Of a stretch of 58,065 nt of DNA, positions 38,442 through 47,783 are shown one piece after another (positions within the stretch are counted from its first letter, which is position 1; each line of letters opens with the position of its first letter). The position numbers and the translations under genes are program-made. Below the pieces are notes generated by a model. That model saw nothing but the letters and a program-made list of their open reading frames with translations, ran no database searches and had not been told where the DNA came from. Origin of the DNA: a virus. Taxonomy: Duplodnaviria; Caudoviricetes. Where the stretch lies: positions 1-58,065 of IMG/VR virus record IMGVR_UViG_3300027911_000015. One strand, given 5' to 3'.

Positions 38442-39286
38442 AGTTCCACAAATTGAAGTTCGAAGGAATCGGCAATAAGTTCATGACCGATATACCCACG
38501 AGGGTTCGAAACGACCCAAGTATCACCGACTTGGTATTGCTGTCGATGGTGCATGTGACCATGGACCCAGCACTTGATTTGCGGATTATCAAGGATCAAC
38601 TCCGAAAAATCCGACGCATAGCCGAAATTCATGTTGACCATGTGTGCATACTTCGGATTGATAGACTTGAAGGTAGGAGCGTGGTGGGTCACCACGAAAA
38701 CCTTCTTGTCCTTGTTCGCATCAAGTGTCTTGGTTAGTTCAGCAATGAAAAGAGAATTGTCCTCCATTGCATCCCTGGTCGTAAACATGGAAGGTCGGCT
38801 CTTTTGAACCTTTTCTCCAGTCTCAACCTGTGTGGTCCAGAATGTAACGTCTGGCTTATTGCTATTCTTGACGCACTGGAAATCGTTCATCAACCGACCC
38901 ACATCCCAAAGGATGGTGTCGTTTCCCTTGTTCATGTCAGTCCACATGGTTCCACCAAAGAACACCACATCATCGATGACATGCGATTGCTTGTCGAGGA
39001 AATGCAGGTTAGGATAGAATCCCGTGGCGTGCCGAAGGGTTTCAACGGTCTTGCCGAAATCCCCATGGTAATGCTCATGGTTACCCATGACATAGATGAC
39101 CTGAGGAAACTCAGAGCAAACTTGTCCAAGGAAATCAACGTATCTCTTACGGAGAGGACCGTCACGGGTGAAATCATCGGCAACAAAAATATCCCCTGCC
39201 AGAACAAGAACGTCGGCATCATGTTCGTTTTTTGGGTAGATCGGACCAAATTCGAGGTGAACGTCCGAGCAAAAATCAACCTTCAT
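38438..39286 (-). CDS. Calcineurin-like metallophosphoesterase
   Basis: SDVHLE, LAGDI, GNHEHY, THHAP, HGHMH, NPRGY. Confidence 0.92.
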   Translation of the reverse strand: MKVDFCSDVHLEFGPIYPKNEHDADVLVLAGDIFVADDFTRDGPLRKRYVDFLGQVCSEFPQVIYVMGNHEHYHGDFGKTVETLRHATGFYPNLHFLDKQSHVIDDVVFFGGTMWTDMNKGNDTILWDVGRLMNDFQCVKNSNKPDVTFWTTQVETGEKVQKSRPSMFTTRDAMEDNSLFIAELTKTLDANKDKKVFVVTHHAPTFKSINPKYAHMVNMNFGYASDFSELILDNPQIKCWVHGHMHHRQQYQVGDTWVVSNPRGYIGHELIADSFELQFVEL

Positions 39287-39310
39287 TTCAATACTCCTAG
39301 TCGAAACCAC

Positions 39311-39345
39311 ATTATATACCAATAGTGGCAGGTAGTCAATACCTG
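39311..39345 (-). promoter_or_regulatory. Sigma70-type promoter TTGACT-N17-TATAAT with a palindrome over the -35
   Basis: -35 at 39334-39339, -10 at 39311-39316; CAGGTA-N5-TACCTG at 39329-39345. Confidence 0.8.
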
Positions 39346-39363
39346 AAAATCATTATTACCGAA

Positions 39364-39960
39364 TCAGTATCGGTTACATTTACTTGCGTTTTCTTTTGCG
39401 GTAAGTATCTGAAGGTTCCAGGGAACATGTAGTCCTCGAACTCCTTCTCCTTGCAACGGAACTATATGGTCGACCTCATGAGGTATACCAGTTTCTTCGG
39501 TAATCCAAACAGCACAATGGTAAATCCATTCAATATCTATTAGTTGGTCTTTTGATAGCCAGGGTGGAGTCGCTTGGATTTTTGCGGCGCTTCTTTTTGC
39601 TTTTCGTGCGTTTATTTGTCCTCTATTATTTTCGCGATATATTTTTTTCTTTTCCCGAAGTTCTTCTTTATGGGTTTCCCTATATTTTTTCATTCTCTGG
39701 CGATATGGTTCTTTATCTTCTCTATATTTTTCCTTACTGTATTCGCTTCTTTCCTCTTTATGTGTTTCATAATAGCGTTTATTTCTAGCGTTTTCTTGTT
39801 CTCGATTCAATATATGTTTCAATCTCCTTCTTTCACGAATAGTTTCTTTATTTCTTTCCCTATATTCTTTACTTTTGATAAACAGTTCGGCTTTTTTGGA
39901 TTCCCTATATCTCTTATTATATTCTTTCATATAAAGTTGTCGGCCGGTTGGAATATCCAT
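39364..39960 (-). mobile_element. HNH homing endonuclease (charged helical N-terminus, C-terminal HNH)
   Basis: ATPPWL..IY, HEVDHIVPLQG..V.GLHVPWNLQIL...EN.SK.N; low GC. Confidence 0.88.
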
Positions 39961-39961
39961 T

Positions 39962-40216
39962 TTACTTATCATTTCCTGTATTGGAAGGAGTTTTTTGTGT
40001 GATTTGTTTACCTGCTATAATCACAGAACAACCAGCCAACATTTTTAATGTGGATTCGGCATATTCATTCAGTGTAGGTATAGTTCCGTGGTGAATCATC
40101 CAAAAAACATACATATGAAAGGCAATGAAGGTAATACCTGATGCGACCTTAGCCCAACACAACGCAGCGTTATCATCTTCACTGAATATTTCGAATAGTC
40201 TTGAACCGAATCCCAT
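39962..40216 (-). CDS. Small two-TM membrane protein
   Basis: Two hydrophobic segments. Confidence 0.55.
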   Translation of the reverse strand: MGFGSRLFEIFSEDDNAALCWAKVASGITFIAFHMYVFWMIHHGTIPTLNEYAESTLKMLAGCSVIIAGKQITQKTPSNTGNDK

Positions 40217-40218
40217 GA

Positions 40219-41220
40219 TTATCTCCTGTTGAATGCCATAACCGCGGGACTATTTAGATACCATTTATGGGCAGAATTTATGATTGTGCTGATTTCAGAA
40301 AACCTTGGTGTCCATCCAATCGTGTTCCATGCGAGGTCACCATTGGCCACCAGGAATGCTGGGTCACCTGGTCTCCGTTCCCTAACGCAAACATCAACAG
40401 GTCCTATGTTCTTCTCAACATAATCCAGAATTTCCAGGTTGGAAAAACCCTTTGATGTTCCGAGATTGAATGTGTAATGTGTTGGTTGGTTTGTCATGAG
40501 GTTTCTCATGAACAGCAAGGCTCTCACATGAGCCCTTGCAATGTCCCATACGTGAATATAGTCACGAACACAGGTTCCATCCGGTGTATCGTAGTCGGTG
40601 CCGTATAGTGTGAACGTCCTATCAAACAACTTGGCTTCAAGTATTCTTGCTACGATATGGGTGGCTCCAAGTTCCTGTCCAAGGTCATAACTGAATGGCT
40701 CGGCTCCGGCTGCATTGAAGAAACGAAACGCGACGTATGGAATTCCATATGCTTTGTTGTAATCCTCAAGGACTTTTTCGATCATCAACTTCGTATTGCC
40801 ATAAGGATTTGTTGGTTTCGTAACGGCATCCTCTCTTAAAGAGGGCCAACATTCACCGTATACGGCAGCCGAAGATGAAAACAGAACAACAGGACGTTTC
40901 TTGTTTCTTCTGATGGCATCCATCATCATGATGGTTTTCGACACATTGTTGAGGTAATAGTTCGATGGATCAACGACCGAAGGACCCACAAGGGAAGTTC
41001 CTGCGCAATGAACCACACAATCAATGTCGTTTTCCTCGAACAGTTGCAACACATCTTCGCAGGAATAATCCTCTTCGATGAAGTTATCCACACCAAACAA
41101 GGCATGTGCCCTGAAGATCCGATCAACCACCGTGATATAGGCATCAGGGAAATGGTTGCGCATAGCCCTGACAATATGGCTGCCAATGTATCCTGTTCCT
41201 CCTGTTACGACAATATTCAT
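40219..41220 (-). CDS. galE: UDP-glucose 4-epimerase (GalE-like SDR)
   Basis: VTGGTGYIGSH, FSSSAAVYG, YGNTK, RFFNAAGA, GTDYDTPDGTCVRDYIHV, RRPGDP. Confidence 0.92.
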   Translation of the reverse strand: MNIVVTGGTGYIGSHIVRAMRNHFPDAYITVVDRIFRAHALFGVDNFIEEDYSCEDVLQLFEENDIDCVVHCAGTSLVGPSVVDPSNYYLNNVSKTIMMMDAIRRNKKRPVVLFSSSAAVYGECWPSLREDAVTKPTNPYGNTKLMIEKVLEDYNKAYGIPYVAFRFFNAAGAEPFSYDLGQELGATHIVARILEAKLFDRTFTLYGTDYDTPDGTCVRDYIHVWDIARAHVRALLFMRNLMTNQPTHYTFNLGTSKGFSNLEILDYVEKNIGPVDVCVRERRPGDPAFLVANGDLAWNTIGWTPRFSEISTIINSAHKWYLNSPAVMAFNRR

Positions 41221-41558
41221 TTCATCACCTTCCACAGTTCATGCTCTCGCCATTCCTTCACGAAACTCTTAGGTGCCGCAAAGGTTCTTGCCACGAAAAC
41301 TATATCGAGGTGCGCTCCATCATAGGCTTTCGTAAACTCTATGCAATCACTCTTGTATAGTTCATAGGCCAATCTGTTACATAGTTCCCTTTTCATGTCT
41401 TCATCAGAAACTTTTGCGTTACTCAACTCCATTGGACCCATGTTCATACGAACCATCACCATCTTGCCTTCGACTTTTCGGTCGGTTGTGTCCACTGTTT
41501 TCTGCGGAGTATCGTCGAACATTTCGCGAAACTTTTGGGTGTGAATGTCTATGCCCAT
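41217..41558 (-). CDS. Hypothetical protein
   Basis: 113-aa ORF in operon. Confidence 0.55.
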   Translation of the reverse strand: MGIDIHTQKFREMFDDTPQKTVDTTDRKVEGKMVMVRMNMGPMELSNAKVSDEDMKRELCNRLAYELYKSDCIEFTKAYDGAHLDIVFVARTFAAPKSFVKEWREHELWKVMK

Positions 41559-42346
41559 CTGTATCCCCTTTCAAGGAACTTGTGTTCCCGATAGCGATAT
41601 GATTTTCCCGATGAGGCAGCAGGGTTCTGCAAAACCAATCTCTTATCAATACACGCCAGATATTCATCCATGGATATCCACAACTTATTCGTCCCAATGT
41701 CATACCATGGCATACAGTGTAGGAAATCAAATGACTTGCGGATTTCGTCGGGTGTTCCACACATGCAGGTCACATACTGAAACTTGTCTATGCAGGTGAT
41801 GGCTTTGTCGGTTATTAGTTTGTTGTTTGGTGCATCTATGCTCTCGGCATATTCATCCGTGCATTCAGCAATCAGGTCGTCATTATTTTTCAACAGATCC
41901 ACTACATCATTTGCTGTCAGACGGTTCATGAAATAAACATCGATATCGTTAGGTTTATATCCTTGCAACAGTGACGCAATGGCGCCTCCCGAAATGAACA
42001 TCAACGAAGGATTCATCCGATCCGTGAGGTATTTCATCGAAGGGGAAATAGCGCACATTTCTTTCAATACCTGTTTCACACCCAAAAGTAGACTTTTATC
42101 AGAATCACTGAACTCTAATGGGTGTTTGTTATGCGCAGTGACGACCAGGTTTCTGCATCGGCCTCTCCAATCAACATGAGTGACCGAATTGCTCTTATTG
42201 GCCTCATAGAATGCCCGGATATCGAAATTGGGATTCTTGGTGTGTTCCAGATAGGCGTTCAGCAAGACCGTGGCTTGGTGGCCGCCACAGAATGGATCCG
42301 CAACGGCATCTTCGATCTTCTTCAGCAGGTCTTGATTTAGATGCAT
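41549..42346 (-). CDS. Nucleotidyltransferase (class II CCA/poly(A) polymerase head-like)
   Basis: FISGGAIASLL.G..PNDIDVYF; SFDFLHC; K..ERGY. Confidence 0.65.
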   Translation of the reverse strand: MHLNQDLLKKIEDAVADPFCGGHQATVLLNAYLEHTKNPNFDIRAFYEANKSNSVTHVDWRGRCRNLVVTAHNKHPLEFSDSDKSLLLGVKQVLKEMCAISPSMKYLTDRMNPSLMFISGGAIASLLQGYKPNDIDVYFMNRLTANDVVDLLKNNDDLIAECTDEYAESIDAPNNKLITDKAITCIDKFQYVTCMCGTPDEIRKSFDFLHCMPWYDIGTNKLWISMDEYLACIDKRLVLQNPAASSGKSYRYREHKFLERGYRWA

Positions 42347-42984
42347 AGCATCAGCAGATTTTCTTCTTCGGGAGTGAGAGCATTCATGATATACGTGAAG
42401 TTGGTGGGCATCGCCTTCCATACACGCTCAATGTTGTATGGTTCGAATCCGGGACGATACCACTTGCGCTCCTGTCGGATGATCCGATAGAACTTGACGT
42501 AGGCATTGGCCTTCTGTGTGTAGGTGTCAACGTCGATTGGTAGTTTATACTCTTCAATACACTTGGCGGATCGTTCCTCGCAATCCGCTTCCAGCCACAT
42601 GCACATATGGATGGCTGTATCCAAGACTTCATTGGTCGGTTCAATCTGTCGGCCAATCCACGCATCAATGATATTATAGGGTTCTTCGCCGTTGATCTTG
42701 GCGTCAACCCAACCAGGAATCTTTTCGTGCCACTGGTGCATGTGGTTGTATTCGTGGACGAGGATAGGCAGCCAATCTTCAATGGGCTTGCCGATAGCTA
42801 CAGCAAGTTCAGGACCTTCATCTTCACCTTCACCGTCGGAGAAATATCCATTCACCTTGACCAGACCCAGTTCATCACCATAGGCGATATGGGTGTCATT
42901 CTCAAGCCGGCACCTTACACCGAACTTCTTGCAGTCCTCTCCGACCTTCTTGATGAACTTTTCAACCGACTTGTGGTGTTGCAT
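42337..42984 (-). CDS. Putative zinc metallopeptidase (HExxH)
   Basis: ILVHEYNHMHQW plus downstream LEADCE. Confidence 0.55.
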   Translation of the reverse strand: MQHHKSVEKFIKKVGEDCKKFGVRCRLENDTHIAYGDELGLVKVNGYFSDGEGEDEGPELAVAIGKPIEDWLPILVHEYNHMHQWHEKIPGWVDAKINGEEPYNIIDAWIGRQIEPTNEVLDTAIHMCMWLEADCEERSAKCIEEYKLPIDVDTYTQKANAYVKFYRIIRQERKWYRPGFEPYNIERVWKAMPTNFTYIMNALTPEEENLLMLCI

Positions 42985-43855
42985 TCTTCATCTCCCAAAA
43001 CTTCTCGTAGGTCACGCGGAATCCAGCGGCATTCCTGTGTCCGCCACCTCCATACTGCTTGGCAATCTCCGACACATCAACTACCTTGGTGTCATTCGAA
43101 CGGAGCGAAAACTCCACGCCATTCGGCTTGAAATAGAAACAACATCCGAAAGGTTGTGTTTCACAAAGGATATGTCCTGCATCCGATGAAAGGGTGTATG
43201 GCAGGTTCGCACATTTCAGAACATAGCCGCCGACATTGATATCGGTGTATACAACGTCCAGCATTTCCTTGATATCTTTGAAGTGCTTTCGTTCCAGCGC
43301 AGCACCTTCATTCTCCAGTTGTCTGATTCCTGCCGCGCTCTGGGTCATCAGTTCGTCCCAGTTCTCGAACGTATAGTCATAGGAGAATACTGCCGCGTTG
43401 ATTTCACGGGTTCCTTGCAGTTTGAATCTCCACAGGTCACGATCTTCGATATGACGCAGCATCGTGGGAGGTTCTTCATTCGGAAAGAAATAGTTCCACG
43501 CAATCATGGCACCCGAATGGTCATTGTCGAATCGTGTGATATACCACGGTGCCTCAAGACCCGCAAGATCCTCGATGGCTGTCTTGTGGTGGTCAAGGTG
43601 AATGACAGCAGAGGCTTCGTCAATGATCTTTTGCATGACAGGCCTCTTGTAACTGAAATCGACCATGTAAACGATGGCACCCTTGGTATCGGGAGGGTCA
43701 ACCTGATATACGCCAGGATAATATTCGATTGTCATGGGAACCGAAAGTTCCTTCTTTCGTTTCTCAAGATATCTCCGGCAAACCCAGGCTCCTGAGAATC
43801 CGTCAGCACATTTTCCGTGGTAGATGACCACGACACGTTGGGGCTTGGGTAGCAT
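42962..43855 (-). CDS. DHH/DHHA1 phosphoesterase
   Basis: YH..C.DG, VDF, LDHH, SGA, IEDRDLW, FSLRS, GGGGH..AAGF. Confidence 0.92.
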   Translation of the reverse strand: MLPKPQRVVVIYHGKCADGFSGAWVCRRYLEKRKKELSVPMTIEYYPGVYQVDPPDTKGAIVYMVDFSYKRPVMQKIIDEASAVIHLDHHKTAIEDLAGLEAPWYITRFDNDHSGAMIAWNYFFPNEEPPTMLRHIEDRDLWRFKLQGTREINAAVFSYDYTFENWDELMTQSAAGIRQLENEGAALERKHFKDIKEMLDVVYTDINVGGYVLKCANLPYTLSSDAGHILCETQPFGCCFYFKPNGVEFSLRSNDTKVVDVSEIAKQYGGGGHRNAAGFRVTYEKFWEMKNATPQVG

Positions 43856-43879
43856 TATGACTCCAGATGAGAATGGTTC

Positions 43880-44140
43880 TTACTTTTGGCTTGGAAATGG
43901 TGTGTCATCTAAGATCAAGCGGCTTTCCCGGATAGATCCTGGCGTGTCCTGGTGAGTCGCCGGCCACTGGAAGAACCCGACTCCAGTGATTTCCTCGTAT
44001 ACCTTTCGCATATCACTGCGAAGTACCTGCTTCTGATTCTCATCCATCAATCCGAAGGAATGGTCAAAACGGAGACACATTGAGTCTATTAAAGCCTCAG
44101 GAGGAACAATAGGTATAGTTACAAAAGAATCCGATTTCAT
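43880..44140 (-). CDS. Hypothetical protein
   Basis: SMCLRFDHSFGL..MRKVYEEI.G.GF pattern; coupled. Confidence 0.6.
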   Translation of the reverse strand: MKSDSFVTIPIVPPEALIDSMCLRFDHSFGLMDENQKQVLRSDMRKVYEEITGVGFFQWPATHQDTPGSIRESRLILDDTPFPSQK

Positions 44141-44658
44141 TTATTTTCCTTGCAATTTTCGAAGTGCCAACGGTACATGCCTCCTTTGCCTGTTTTGTTA
44201 CAATAAGGGCAAGTGACCACCTTTTGGAATATGTGGGTTCCTTCCTCCACTCTCTTCCTGCTATTTTTTCTCTGAATATTTCCACCTAAGAAATGGTGCT
44301 TACCATCAGCAACTATCTTCCTTTGTATTTCACCTCCTAGTAAATGGTGTTTACCTGAGGCAACATGTTTCCTTTGTATTTCACCTCCAAGTAGGTGATG
44401 GGTTCCGTTGACAACTCTTTCTCTATTCTTGACTCCACTTTTTCTTCCTGCAATGACAGCCAAATCATGAAAAAACTCTTCTTTTCCTATTGTGCCTGAT
44501 AAGGCCTTCCAAGCAACTTTATCTTCCAGGTTTCCATATTGTTCGAATAGTTTTCGGTGTGCCTCTGCATGTTCTTCGACCGTAAGTTCCACCAGGTTGG
44601 AAGGATCATCCGTTCCACCCATATAAACAGGAATAATATGGTGCCAGTGCTTTATCAT
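44137..44658 (-). mobile_element. HNH homing endonuclease with 17-aa repeats and C2HC finger
   Basis: HHIIP..MGG.DDPSNLV.LT.EEH..AH; three G(T/K)HH(L/F)LGG.IQRK repeats; CPYC..MYRWHFENCK. Confidence 0.82.
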
Positions 44659-44858
44659 TGAGGAGAATGTAAGTAAATGAAAAGATATTCCACCAACGTC
44701 AATCCAATGATACTACCAAGGCAGATACCAACACCAAGGATTACTTGCTTGCGCATATCACGGACGAAAACGAAGGTAAGGATGAGTCCAAGGACCATAC
44801 CAATGAAAAAACTATTGCACCAGTGGACAACAGTTTGAAAACTTTGCATATCGGTCAT
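44655..44858 (-). CDS. Small membrane protein
   Basis: Two hydrophobic helices; GGAG SD. Confidence 0.55.
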   Translation of the reverse strand: MTDMQSFQTVVHWCNSFFIGMVLGLILTFVFVRDMRKQVILGVGICLGSIIGLTLVEYLFIYLHSPQ

Positions 44859-45217
44859 AGATATCTCCAATCACCCTTAGGGGATTTCTGCCAATCAATG
44901 TCGAAAAACCACTTCACCATCTTGCGTTGAAACCAGTTGGGTTGTTGTCCTTCCTGGACAACCACACCCAAACCATATTTTCCACCGATTGTGAATCTCC
45001 ATGGAAGTTTAGGTTGTGGGGAAATCGTGAATCCGCCTGTCGTGGATACAAACTGTTCGGTATTTGCAGAACCCAAATATGTGTTCGCCACTTCATCATC
45101 TTTCATCATTCTCTCCTTTTGCTTTCCTCTTCCGTGCTTGATATGAGGATCCTTATGAAATACCATGTTATGGTCCGAGTATTCATAACCCTCTTCGTTA
45201 TTCGGTGTAGGGTTCAT
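44855..45217 (-). CDS. Hypothetical protein
   Basis: C-terminal PNWFQR.M..WFF..W motif. Confidence 0.55.
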   Translation of the reverse strand: MNPTPNNEEGYEYSDHNMVFHKDPHIKHGRGKQKERMMKDDEVANTYLGSANTEQFVSTTGGFTISPQPKLPWRFTIGGKYGLGVVVQEGQQPNWFQRKMVKWFFDIDWQKSPKGDWRYL

Positions 45218-45446
45218 AGGTCTTTTCGAAAATGTGGGGTTTCACGGGCCAGCATTCACCCTCGATTCCTGTGACAATCCAATCACCTTTAGAAACTCGA
45301 TGCGGACCTTCCAGTGTATGGATGATAGGAAACAGGTCTCTAAATCCAGGAGTTATTTCAATATCAGCCAACACCACGGCAGGGTGGTCACCAACCTTGA
45401 ACCATTGAACCGCCTCTACTGGGATTCTCTTCTTGACGTATCTCAT
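45198..45446 (-). CDS. Conserved small phage protein (EAVQW..TLEG..GDWIV.G..GE..P.KP.IF..TY family)
   Basis: Recognisable widespread phage motif set. Confidence 0.75.
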   Translation of the reverse strand: MRYVKKRIPVEAVQWFKVGDHPAVVLADIEITPGFRDLFPIIHTLEGPHRVSKGDWIVTGIEGECWPVKPHIFEKTYEPYTE

Positions 45447-45616
45447 TGGCTTCCCTTCGGAACACAGACGAGGTGTAGTTCACCAGAGCCTCGGTGTTCG
45501 TTCATCTTCTTGATGACCGATACAGCATTCTCACAGGCTGCCTGGTCATTGAACTCCTGCATCGTAATCACAGGTTGATAGACATTGAACCACACAAGGA
45601 GGATCCAGTGCATCAT
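45443..45616 (-). CDS. Small secreted-type protein with two Cys (not in the ORF track)
   Basis: MMHWILLVWFNV..QEFNDQAACE..VCVPK. Confidence 0.55.
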   Translation of the reverse strand: MMHWILLVWFNVYQPVITMQEFNDQAACENAVSVIKKMNEHRGSGELHLVCVPKGSQ

Positions 45617-45837
45617 GGCCTCACGAACCGACCAGTGGACGGTGTAGCAAGATACTTCTTCTTGAGGTCTTGATATGCCCTACGAACGTGACCACGAGGA
45701 TACTTCATGGTTGTTGGTCGAATAAACTCAACCACTTCACCCTTTTCATCCCGCTTGAATACGCCTTGGAATACAGAATGATCGATATCCGTATGGTCAA
45801 GGTCCTCAAGGGTCCTGTAAATAAACTTCTTCATCAT
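45613..45837 (-). CDS. Hypothetical protein (start MMKKFI)
   Basis: Coupled ORF. Confidence 0.5.
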   Translation of the reverse strand: MMKKFIYRTLEDLDHTDIDHSVFQGVFKRDEKGEVVEFIRPTTMKYPRGHVRRAYQDLKKKYLATPSTGRFVRP

Positions 45838-45844
45838 GCGAGCC

Positions 45845-46030
45845 TTACTTCCCCTCATTATCGTTCTCCTTGTCATCACACATTGGGCAATCACACTTCT
45901 TCTTGAAAAGACTATCTAGCAATCTTGGATCCATAACCCACATGATACAGAACAGGGCACCAAAACACACAAACATTAGGAGAAAAACTTCAACCATCGC
46001 GAACAGTATTAGTGAAATCAGTGCGTTCAT
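45845..46030 (-). CDS. Small membrane protein with CxCxxC tail
   Basis: Hydrophobic N-terminus, CDCPMC. Confidence 0.5.
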   Translation of the reverse strand: MNALISLILFAMVEVFLLMFVCFGALFCIMWVMDPRLLDSLFKKKCDCPMCDDKENDNEGK

Positions 46031-46032
46031 GA

Positions 46033-46269
46033 TTATTCTCCGAATTCATCGTAGTCTGGTCGTTCTTGGTATTGTAGCGTATGGACGGCCCAAGTCAAGC
46101 GAAGAACCACCATTACCAAGAACATCTTCCAATAACCTGTTGGATGTATTCCATCAATCATTCCTACCAAAGCATTATTCCATGCCAAGGTAGCCATACC
46201 TGATAGGATGAACAGCAGGACAAAATAGAAAAATACCTGGATGATTGTGGTGATTGTTGATGCCTTCAT
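46033..46269 (-). CDS. Small two-TM membrane protein
   Basis: GAGG SD; two hydrophobic helices. Confidence 0.6.
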   Translation of the reverse strand: MKASTITTIIQVFFYFVLLFILSGMATLAWNNALVGMIDGIHPTGYWKMFLVMVVLRLTWAVHTLQYQERPDYDEFGE

Positions 46270-46292
46270 GATATAGTTACCTCTCAGTTGAA

Positions 46293-47783
46293 TTAGAATC
46301 CGCCCCTTCGAACGTCTACAGTATAGTTCTCAAGTTCTTTACCTTCGGGATCCCGAGTCTGCATCTTTACCTCATATCCCCACAGGTTGCTGAAATGCCA
46401 CAAGGTATACAACGCATCGGTATGTTCCAGTGAATGTCTGCGAGTAGTATAGTGTTGGAGTTGGACATGTCGGTCTCCCCACACATCCACGTCCATCACC
46501 TGAATATTTGGAATAAAGTTGTTCGCGTTTTGCTGATATGAGAGGGCTTCCCTCACCTCTTTATACCCTCTATCGTCATGAATCGATTGCACGATCATCT
46601 TCGGGAATCCATCATCGTCAAGGACATGGAACAGCCTGAAATCTCGAATAACCTTGGGTGACAGGTATTGCATGATGAATGATTCGTCCTTGAAATCATA
46701 TGCCGCGTGTTTCAGTGTGTTGATCCAATCACCGTTGCCAGCCCATTCAGGGAACCACTCCCTATCTTCGGCAGTAGGATTCGTGGCGATACGCTTGATA
46801 TCCTGGAACATTGCGAATCCCAATGCATATGGATTCAACTGCGCCATGGGATGCTGATAGGTCACTCCTGTATGCGAATGCAGGAACTCCATCATGAATC
46901 CATCGGTCACCAGACCACGGTCATACATTTCATTGACGATGGTGTAATGCCAGAATGTGGCCCATCCTTCATTCATCGTCTTGGTCAGCATTTGCGGATA
47001 GAAATACTGGGCCACCTTGCGGACGATCCGAATGACTTCACGCTTCCATGGTTCAAGATTTGGAGCATTCTTCTCAATGAAGTAGAGAAGGTTTTCTTCT
47101 GGTTCCTCGACGGACCTGGGTTGCATAGGAGCTTGATTGGCACCACCAACAGGCACCGTTCTCCACATATCATCGAAGTGTTCTTGGTCGAACTTGTCAC
47201 GGTCCTTCTTCAGTTGTTCCAGAACCGTCTTGGACTTCTTGGCGGGCCTCTTGTATCGGTCTACACCATTCTGCCTCAGCGCATGGGCAGAATCAAGTAC
47301 ATTAGCGACCTCATCGGCACCATACTTCTCTTCGTATTCGGCAATCTTGCTCTTTGCGTAATCCAGGAAATCGATGATAGCCTCTGCATCCGTCCACTGC
47401 TTAAAGAGGTGGTTATTCTTGAAGAAGTTATTGTGTCCGATGCAGGCATGAGCCATGACCAACGTTTGCATGGCCATCGTGTTCTCTTCCATCAGATATG
47501 AAATGCATGGATTGGAATTGATGACGATTTCATAGGCAAGGCCCATATCACCACGCTTGTATCTCTCCTGATTGCTCACGAACTCCTTGCCGAACGACCA
47601 GTGTGAATAGTAGATCGGCATGCCGACGGCCGCATAGGCATCCAGCATTTGTTCGGCTGATATGATTTCAATTTGATTGGGATAGTAATCAAGACCGAAG
47701 TCCTTGGCGATCTTCTCGATTTCGATGTATGTGTCATCGATTTCGTTCGCCGTCCAATCCTTGCAAGAATCAATCTTCTTCAT
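46293..47783 (-). CDS. ycgB: SpoVR/YcgB family protein
   Basis: YPNQIEII..QM.DAY..GMP..Y.HWSFGK, GLAYEIVINSNPCISYLME, HAC.GHN.FFK, MNEGWATFWH, NPYALG. Confidence 0.95.
   Translation of the reverse strand: MKKIDSCKDWTANEIDDTYIEIEKIAKDFGLDYYPNQIEIISAEQMLDAYAAVGMPIYYSHWSFGKEFVSNQERYKRGDMGLAYEIVINSNPCISYLMEENTMAMQTLVMAHACIGHNNFFKNNHLFKQWTDAEAIIDFLDYAKSKIAEYEEKYGADEVANVLDSAHALRQNGVDRYKRPAKKSKTVLEQLKKDRDKFDQEHFDDMWRTVPVGGANQAPMQPRSVEEPEENLLYFIEKNAPNLEPWKREVIRIVRKVAQYFYPQMLTKTMNEGWATFWHYTIVNEMYDRGLVTDGFMMEFLHSHTGVTYQHPMAQLNPYALGFAMFQDIKRIATNPTAEDREWFPEWAGNGDWINTLKHAAYDFKDESFIMQYLSPKVIRDFRLFHVLDDDGFPKMIVQSIHDDRGYKEVREALSYQQNANNFIPNIQVMDVDVWGDRHVQLQHYTTRRHSLEHTDALYTLWHFSNLWGYEVKMQTRDPEGKELENYTVDVRRGGF

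Noticed and set aside
45198-45446. Specific anti-defence sponge assignment for the EAVQW/TLEG protein
   Set aside because: The family is recognisable but I cannot tie it to a characterised function from sequence alone.
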